Both the position numbers and the translations under genes were made by a program. A model generated the notes under the pieces. That model was not told where the DNA came from. It worked only from the letters and a program-made list of their open reading frames with translations, and made no database searches. DNA of 63,501 nucleotides, the filler included, from Reticulomyxa filosa (lineage: Eukaryota; Protista; Foraminifera): the NCBI GenBank assembly GCA_000512085.1. It is 22 parts of 22 records of this genome, joined end to end, with 100 filler letters (N's around TTAATTAATTAA, not from the genome) between each part and the next. Parts side by side here need not be neighbours in the genome. Positions count along the whole stretch, not along the records: positions 53,730 to 55,189 come from ASPP01049531.1; positions 55,290 to 56,859 come from ASPP01028137.1; positions 56,960 to 60,081 come from ASPP01035091.1; positions 60,182 to 62,011 come from ASPP01003410.1; positions 62,112 to 63,501 come from ASPP01041629.1; 17 more parts are not named here. The stretch is one strand, 5' to 3'. This document shows, piece after piece, positions 54,358 to 63,501 of the stretch (its first letter is position 1; each line of letters begins with the position of its first letter).

Positions 54358-54789
54358 GTGGGTGTAATTGGATCCTGACCGACATCCAGAACAGGAATCC
54401 AATCATTGTATACGTCTAGTGATTGGACGATATCAATGTCCATTTGTCGAAAAATGGAACAAACCACACACTAAGTATTCGATCAATTTTACCTACTACT
54501 GGTCAGTTTGACTATGCTAATTACTTATAAAAATTGTCGTAAGTTTATATCATATTACTGGATTTTATCTAGCAATTTACCTAAACTACTAAACATGCAG
54601 TAACGACAATGCTGAACTCCGCATAGTCATCTTATAATCACAACCGCCCGCCCGCCCACCTGTTACTATGGCAAATATATGCCTTCACAGGCTAACGGGC
54701 GACAGGTTTTTTTTTGCAAGGTGTATGTACTACACCTAAATAAAAATAAATAAAAAAAAAAATAAAGATGATAAAAAAAAAGTGCGAAA

Positions 54790-55020
54790 ATTTTTTAACT
54801 TTATTCTGATTAATCGTTTTGCATCAAATACTGTGTTTTCTGCATTTCTTGCAGCTTGATTCTTTGCTGCTGTATCACTGAAAGATACATAAGAAGGAGT
54901 TGTTCGCTCTCCAATATCATTTGGGATAATTTCCACAGTGTTGTTTTTCCTTGTACCAACACATTAGTACGTCGTACTCAAGTCAATACTAATTGATGGT
55001 TGCTTTTTAGAAGAAGTCAT
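54790..55020 (-). pseudogene. HSP70: Hsp70 5' pseudogene fragment
   Basis: MTSSKKQPSISIDLSTTY*CVG...[21 protein letters not shown][ERLIG deleted][22 protein letters not shown]; in-frame stop, deletion and truncation. Confidence 0.88.
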
Positions 55021-55639
55021 TCTTAAACCAAATAATCAAAAGTTTTCAAGTATAAAAATAAATAAAACCAACAAAACTTTTTTAAAATGAACAATCACTA
55101 TCTCTTTCATTTTCACATTCCTTACAGAAAGAACACATAGAAAGAATTATTCAATCTAGGCTTCGTCGTTAGAGATTTCTACTTTCCTTNNNNNNNNNNN
55201 NNNNNNNNNNNNNNNNNNNNNNNNNNNNNNNNNTTAATTAATTAANNNNNNNNNNNNNNNNNNNNNNNNNNNNNNNNNNNNNNNNNNNNGCTGCCAGTTT
55301 TTTAATACAAAGCAAACTTAGAAAGGGGAGAGAAGAGACATGGCGCGTAATTAATATTTTTATGTAATGGAATATGGATATAGCAAATGATGTGTGGAAA
55401 GGAATCTTGGGAGAAAAAAAATTTCTCATATTTTTTCTGGTAATATTTCAACACACTGAGTTTTTTCTTTCTATTGTATTCAAAGATCAAAGTAAAAAAC
55501 AAAAAACTCTCACTTTGAGCAGACAAATCAATTAATCAAATGATTGTATCACTTTTATGATTGCTTTGGGAGTACATGTCTACAACACAAATAACCTCAA
55601 AAAAAAAAAAAATTCAAAAAGGGTTGATGTCGCCTAAAA

Positions 55640-56680
55640 TTAAGGAGTTTTGACTCGATTGACAAGATTATCATGGGCTACGTGGTCATACGCATCTTCC
55701 ACGCGATAGATTTTTTCGGCCAAGGAGAAGTAGCCCTCATACTCGATTTCGTCGGGAGTGATATCGTAATGATAATGTCCCCCTTCATGTACATTCTTTT
55801 CCAACGAATAGAAATGAGTGTGTTCCAACCTTTTTTTTTTTGTATGCCATATACAAAAACATTTTCATTTCAGGTTGCATTTCCCTACAAGCAATTTAAG
55901 AGAACAACTCTGCAAAGACAAAAAAAAAAAAAAAAAAAACCAACAAACCTGAGATGTAAGCTCTTATCTGGTGTTGGGTCTTCAGTAACCAGGCAACTGA
56001 GCATCAACAAATGAGGTCCAAATTCATAAAAACGCAACCAGTTATTCACCTCTTCGGAATTGTTTTCGTCCATTTTTTTTTGTTAAAATCGGGCATGATG
56101 TGACCTTTAATTCTCCCTTTGTTCACCTTTTTTCCAATAACAAACATAAAAAATTGAACAGTGCGCATTATATATCCCCACATGTAATAATGTATCCAAC
56201 GAAAGAGCGAACAAACAAACAAACAAACAAACAAACAAACGAATAAACAAATAATTCAAACTTTGAATATCCCACCCATTCCAATTTGGTTTTCTTTCCC
56301 AACGCCTTTGCATGATTTCATTCCCTCGCGAATGGTGTTTGTAAAATTGAGTTTGCCAGTACGTTTGATCACTTTGACGTAAATGACTTTGCCAGGCTTG
56401 CCCTCGGAAAGAAATAGATTCATCAAACACCCGGTCTCTTCACTCGGATACGATCCAACGATCGGCACAAGGTCATCTTTCGGCTTATTTTCTTTTTTGC
56501 TCTTGTCCGCATTGTCGCTGCCGCTCTCTTGGTCCAGCTTCATGTCCGGAAGCTCACGAGGATTGCTCACGTCGTTCGATGACGTTGGGCCCTTTGTGGG
56601 CGTTGCTGGCGACTTATCGCCGCTATGCTTTCGGTACGCATGTGCGTGTGGTTTCGGCTCACGATCCGCCGCTTTATCTG
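55640..56680 (-). CDS. C11orf54/PTD012 (DUF1907) ester hydrolase homolog, 5'-partial, multi-exon
   Basis: GCLMNLFLSEGKPGKV, IGMGGIF, HIMPDF, VNNWLRFYE, LHLR-LEHTHFYS...GGHYHYDITPDEIEYEGYF. Confidence 0.88.
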
Positions 56681-56820
56681 ATTACATTTATGCAAAACAC
56701 ACACACACACACATCACAGAAACAGTGAAGATTTTTGAACCTTTTTTTTTTTTTTTTTTTTTTTTTTGCAAGTTACACGTTTCAGAATTTTTGTTCTTAA
56801 GTCCCCTCAAGCCTCTTCCC

Positions 56821-56856
<36 letters not shown>

Positions 56857-56964
56857 AAANNNNNNNNNNNNNNNNNNNNNNNNNNNNNNNNNNNNNNNNN
56901 NNNTTAATTAATTAANNNNNNNNNNNNNNNNNNNNNNNNNNNNNNNNNNNNNNNNNNNNAAAAA

Positions 56965-58255
<1,291 letters not shown>

Positions 58256-59119
58256 GGAGAAAATTTTTATTGGGGGAAAAAGTGTTTTGATTTTGGGAAA
58301 TAAGTTGTTGCGTTTTTGAATTTGAACTCCCGCCTCTAAAAAAACAATTGAATTCGTAACTTATGCACACTGAATAATTTTCAAACCGGCCCAGACTTGT
58401 TACCAAACCAATACTTAAAATGAAGATTGCAACAACAAAGTAGTAATTATATAGAAACAAATTAACAAAACGACATAAATTGAATTCTATACATAGAGCA
58501 ATTTCACAATTTTGCTGTTTTTAAAAGTGGACGAACTTCAAGGGATCGTTTGTAAAAAAACCTCATAATCAATTGAAAGTGAATAATCTTTTTGCTGTTA
58601 GACTTCAACACTTTTAAAGATGCAATTCGGTAAGCGAAATAAAGGTTTTTGGTCAATTTAAGGCTTCTTTTGTTTTGGTTAAAAATATTTTTTTGAGACA
58701 ACAAGTCACATTGATTTGTGTACATTCATAACAGGTATAACAAAAAGATTCTTACTTTGATATAACAACAAAAAAAGAATTTTTTTGGTTCTGCAAAACG
58801 CAATTGCTTATGATTCTTTTATAAGAAAAATCCTACTCAAAATAAATTTTACTAGTAGTTTTTTTTGAAGCAATAGGTAATGATACTAAAGAAATCAAGA
58901 TGGAAACGCTTGAGGTCAGTTGTGTTTTATTGAGGTTTGGATCACAGAAAAAAAAGATAATTTATATTTCCATTTTTTTTATGATAAAAAAAAGGTGACA
59001 ACCAGTGAATCGATTGATGTATTGCATATACACTTGCAACGTTACAGTTACAGTCTCAACAGCAATCATATATATCTGTTTATATGGAATGTAGATATGT
59101 ATAATTGCTCTTTAATAGA

Positions 59120-60081
59120 TAAAGTGAAGTGTAATGGAGGCATGCAAAATATTAGCAATCATGAAATCGCAAAGGAAGGAGACAAGAAATATGCAAAGGA
59201 AATAAAAACATTAATTAGATTATTTGGAGACTCTGTCAATAAAGAAGAATTACAGCAGAAAATTGTATATTATAATGGGAATATTGAAATGATGATTAAA
59301 GATCTTGTTCAACAATTTGTTGAAAAAGAGGTAATAACAATGTTTTTTTTTATCAAAATTTAAATATATTGTCTTGCAACTCCTTAATATACAAAACAAA
59401 AGAGTAAATTAGAAACAGAAAGCAAAACCAATGAATTGGAAAACACTGAACAGGTAATAGTCAAGTTTTTTTGTTTGTTTTCATGGATGCTTTAATTTTT
59501 TTTTCTTGTTTGAAATAATGAAATAGAAGCAAAATCAAGAAAAAACAGTGAATGAAATCAATGATAATAGTAAGAATATACAAAAGGAAATGGAAAAAAC
59601 AGAAATTGGAGAAATAAAACCAGGAATTAACTTGCAAGGATATTGTATCAATCAAACATGTTTAGCAGCAAAAGTAAAATTACCAGTATGGGTGAATATT
59701 GGATTTGATAATATTACATTCGTATCAGATAATGCATCTTTTAGTTGTCCTGATTGTAAAAAATCAACGGTTACATCTATTATCAAAGCAATGTTTTATA
59801 ATGCTGAACATTCCATTTATGCAAGTGGTGATCCAATGCCTGTGAATGATAATAATTACCAATGTTCATATGCAATCAAACCTGGATTGTCTTATGAATT
59901 AAAAGCGAATAAAATAAGACAACATGCAAAAAATATTGAAGACTTGAGAGAAAGGAGTGAACGTGCAATGAATGATGTTGAAATTAGGAATTTGGTAACA
60001 GAATTACAGAAATATGAGATTACAGTTGTGAAACCACCCAGTTTAAAAGGAAATGAAAGATTATTAGAAAAGATTCAAGCA
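59120..60081 (+). CDS. CUE/UBA-like helix + Cys-rich Zn-finger protein, 3'-partial
   Basis: IKTLIRLFGDSVNKEELQQKIVYYNGNIEMMI (CUE-like); PGINLQGYCINQTC...VWVNIGF...FSCPDC (two Cys pairs); GT-AG introns at ~59331 and ~59454. Confidence 0.55.
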
Positions 60082-60199
60082 NNNNNNNNNNNNNNNNNNN
60101 NNNNNNNNNNNNNNNNNNNNNNNNNTTAATTAATTAANNNNNNNNNNNNNNNNNNNNNNNNNNNNNNNNNNNNNNNNNNNNGTTTTTTTTTTTTTTTTT

Positions 60200-61156
60200 T
60201 TAAATAAAAAATAAAAATAAAAATGGTACGACACTTAACCTATACATTCGGGTCAACATCCACTTTGCATATTCGAAACTATCTTGTGTGTACTTGGACG
60301 CCTTGGTGACAGTGAGACAGTACTGTGCCATCAAATCCCAATTGCCGAATAAATAATAAAAAGATATCAAATCGCACAACAAATCCAAGTCCGTCGGACA
60401 CACTTCCAATGCCCGCTTGTAATACACCGCTGCGTTGCTGTATTGGTTTCCTAACGCACATACCAATGCACCTGCTCGTAATGCCTATTCACAAAAATAA
60501 ATACACTAATATACATATATACATATATACATATATACATATATGCATATATATATACATATATACATATATGCATATATATATACATATATACTTATAT
60601 GTATATACCAAATATATTTTTTGTACACAATTTTTTTTTTCATTAAAAAAAAATAATAATAATAATAAAATCACAACTCAACTGTCACGTTATATGCATT
60701 CAATTGTAACGCCTTTTGACAGATGTCTGCCATGGTTTGCCATTTGTCTTCTTTGGCATACGCAAGTGAGAGCTGTCCCATCAAATCCACCTTTTCGTTT
60801 TTCAATTCATCGTCCGACGGAATATGCTCCAATGCCAATTTCATGTGGTGGATCACTTCTTCCACTGCAAAGATTTTGTCTAAAATCATCGCCATCAAAT
60901 AGTGGCACTTCCAATTGTTTGGATGCTTTTCCAAAATTTCTCGCAATCGTTGCACCGATTTTGTATAATGACCTTGTCTTACATTCTCTTCAATTCCTGA
61001 GATTTCACTTGCTAAGTTTTCGTCGCTGCCACGACCGTTATTAAGCGAGGATGAACGCGACCCTCCAGCATCATTACTCACATGTGCATCGTCCGAACCT
61101 GCATCACGAACGTTGGCTCCAACCGGAGGCTTTTTAAATCGGCTGAAGAAGTTCAT
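60200..61156 (-). CDS. TPR-repeat protein, 3'-partial
   Basis: Helical TPR-like units LREILEKHPNNWKCHYLMA, CQKALQLNAYN and YYKRALEVCPTD. Confidence 0.7.
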
Positions 61157-61427
61157 CTTTCTTCTTTCACTCCATCCCCTGTTTTTCAGAACAAAACCTT
61201 TTGCCACTCCTTAGATTGTGCACGTTTGTTCTGTACTTACCACTAACTTTACATCTCTGAAAGAGTAATCGTATTGGGTTAAATTTGCTTTTGCAAAACT
61301 TTATACGTACAAAAAAATTTTGGTGAGTGTAAACAACAATCAGAACTTGCCTACTTCTTTGTTAGCTGTTTGATTTTATGCTAAGAGCGTTCCGTTTTTT
61401 AACATTAAGGGGTTTGAATCATTTATC

Positions 61428-61916
61428 ATGGCACAATCTTCTATTGTGACAGCTGATAACTTTATCGCAAATGAGGTTATATTCATTAAAACATGGCAAA
61501 CATGAATTTTCATTTTATTGTTTTTTTTTTTGGGTGTTGTAGTATTTGCCTCCAAAGAGCAAGAAGTATTTGGATGTGATTTCTCCTCACGATGGTGTGC
61601 AAATTGGGAAAGTTGCGCTGTCAAGTAAAGAAGATGTAGAAATAGCCGTGGAAAAATCGCACGAGGCATTTTTAAAATGGAGCAAATGGACAGTAAAAGA
61701 GCGAATGCGATGTTTGTTGAAACTGCGATCGATTATCGAAGACAAAGAGTTGGAATTGGCATCCATTGTAACCGCTGAACACGGCAAGAACAAAGCCGAA
61801 GCACTTGGTTCCATAAGGAAAGGTAACGAAACGGTTGAATATGCATGCAGCATGCCACAACTAATAACCGGAAAAGTTTTGGAAGTATCCACAGGTGTCG
61901 AATGCACCGAATACAG
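61428..61916 (+). CDS. Methylmalonate-semialdehyde dehydrogenase (ALDH6A1/MmsA), 5' part
   Basis: MAQSSIVTADNFIANE-YLPP...EHGKNKAEALGSIRKGNETVEYACSMPQLITGKVLEVSTGVEC; the VEYACS(I/M)P..G motif is MMSDH-like. Confidence 0.8.
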
Positions 61917-61975
61917 GTCTGAGCTATTCCACGAATTTTTTTTTTTAAAAAAAAGAGCATGAGCGAGATAACCCC

Positions 61976-62009
<34 letters not shown>

Positions 62010-62111
62010 AANNNNNNNNNNNNNNNNNNNNNNNNNNNNNNNNNNNNNNNNNNNNTTAATTAATTAANNNNNNNNNNNNNNNNNNNNNNNNNNNNNNNNN
62101 NNNNNNNNNNN

Positions 62112-63501
62112 TGGAACATTGATTGGTTTTGCTGGAACATTGGCTGGTCTTACAGGAGCATTGATTGGTCTTCTTGTTGATGTTGTTGGTAACAATGTTG
62201 GAACCCTATGTTTAAAAAACAAAAAATATGTAGCCATTTGTTTCACAACATTTTCATTCAAAAAACAAAAAAGAAATGATAATTGTTAAAAAAAAATATA
62301 CTTTGTGTGGCTACGGATTGGAAGACGAGTATGTGGCCTTGTTGGTTGTCTTGTTGGAGGTCGAATTGGTACTTTTGTCGGTGATAAAGTTGGAAATCTT
62401 TTAACTATTTCATTATCAATTTTTTTTTGTTACAGTTTTTGATTTCGCATTCCAAAATAACAATTCAATTCATTCATACAAAAAATAATCGAGTCAAAGA
62501 ATATCATACCTTGTTGGCACTCTTGTTGGAGAACGAGTGAATAAGACCATAAGACGACCATAAGACCGTCGGTGGACCGTGTTGGGAAAAGAGTCGGCGG
62601 TCTAATAAAAAAAAAAAGCAAAAACAAATTTAAAAATATACTTGCAAAACTCAATCGTAAAATATTCACAGAAAAAAGCGCAACACAAACCCTCGTAGGC
62701 AATCTTGTAGTGAATTGAGAGACATTCGTTGGTCTTCTCGTAGGACGACGAGAGTTGTTGGGCGACGGGTTGGTACTTTTGTTGGAGGTCTGGTCTGGTT
62801 GGCACATTTGTTGGGACTCTATTTTTTCCATGTTCACACAAAAATGATTGATAAAGTTGTGGGAGGGAAAAGAAAAAAACTAGTACGTACTTCGTAGGAC
62901 GACGCGAGCCGGTCTACGAGTTGGTTGGTCCTCTTGTTGGTGTCAGTGTTGGTAACAAGGTTGGAACTCTATGTTTTTTAAAAAAAAGCAGAGCCATTTG
63001 TTTCATAACACTTTTATTCAAAAAACAAGAAAGAAATGATTGTAAAAAAATATATTTGGTAGGAGCTTTGGTTGGAGGACGAGTGTGTCTACGAGTTGGC
63101 GTTCTTGTTGGAGGACGAGTAGGCGTCTTTATCGGCACTTTTGTTGGAGATCTGGTTGGCATCTTTGTCGGGACTCTATTTTGTTATGTTAACATAGGAA
63201 TAATTTTTAAATTTGTGGGAGGTAAAAAAAAAAAAAAAAAAAAGACTTAATTGATAGAGGCTGGTTGGAACCTTTGGACGTCTGGTTGGCATCGTTGCTG
63301 GTACTCTATTTTGTCCACACAAAAATAAGTTAGAAATTTGTGTGGATGGAAAAGGAAAAAACAAATACGTAATTGGTAGGGACACTATGATATGACGACT
63401 AATGAGTCTACGAGCTGGTTTCTTGTTGGTCGACGAGTTGTTTTTTGGTTGGCAGTCTTATTGGAATTTTGGTGGGTGCTCTTATTGGCAACAAGGCTGG
63501 G
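62112..63501 (-). CDS. PT/PTRRPT-rich mucin-like protein built from repeated small exons
   Basis: Many short exons starting (R)VPT... and encoding PTRRPT/PTRSPT repeats, separated by related AT-rich introns. Confidence 0.6.

Larger units (their letters stand above)
53730..54743. mobile_element. ~1 kb foldback element with two diverged ~400-nt inverted arms (retrozyme/Penelope pLTR-like candidate)
   Basis: 53730-~53840 is the reverse complement of ~54630-54743, and 53951-54123 is the reverse complement of ~54335-54518. Internal blocks sit in direct orientation. The arms differ by many substitutions and indels. Confidence 0.85.

Noticed and set aside
53730-54743. Foldback as a whole-genome-amplification chimera, or as a group I intron
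   Set aside because: The arms are too diverged for a chimera. The GACTA/TAGTC pairing resembles P7, but no convincing P3/P4/P6 core or host gene is visible.
60500-60610. (TA/CA)n tract as a telomeric or functional repeat
   Set aside because: Ordinary intronic microsatellite; similar tracts at 44250-44330 and 51505-51530.

Overview
This is not one locus. It is 22 short contigs joined by 21 artificial 100-nt spacers (44 N + TTAATTAATTAA + 44 N). Almost all contigs are AT-rich, intron-rich eukaryotic DNA. The polyubiquitin carries a single-Ala insertion at every monomer junction (GG-A-MQIF), a Rhizaria (Foraminifera/Cercozoa) signature. The Kelch, WD40 and ART-like families and the heavy pseudogene load look like a freshwater foraminifer of the Reticulomyxa type (inference). 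Recognisable genes, mostly partial: EB1, a USP9X/24/34-type deubiquitinase, UTP20, a CNOT10 fragment, a GT34 glycosyltransferase, a Cid1/GLD-2-type terminal nucleotidyltransferase, an ApaG protein, a GRAM protein, an Erv/ALR oxidase, a CUE-PUB-ART protein, WD40, C11orf54/DUF1907, polyubiquitin, a TPR protein, MMSDH and a PT-rich mucin. One contig (17937-19140) is GC-rich betaproteobacterial rimP-nusA. The most striking non-coding feature is a ~1 kb diverged foldback element (53730-54743) made of stacked hairpins. It contains a type III hammerhead ribozyme fold and two nested micro-inversions, and is a candidate retrozyme or Penelope-pLTR-like RNA element. A second dispersed family (two copies) pairs a leader with conserved spliceosomal introns to a decayed RNase H-like region. 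All calls are from reading the sequence by eye; no searches were run.
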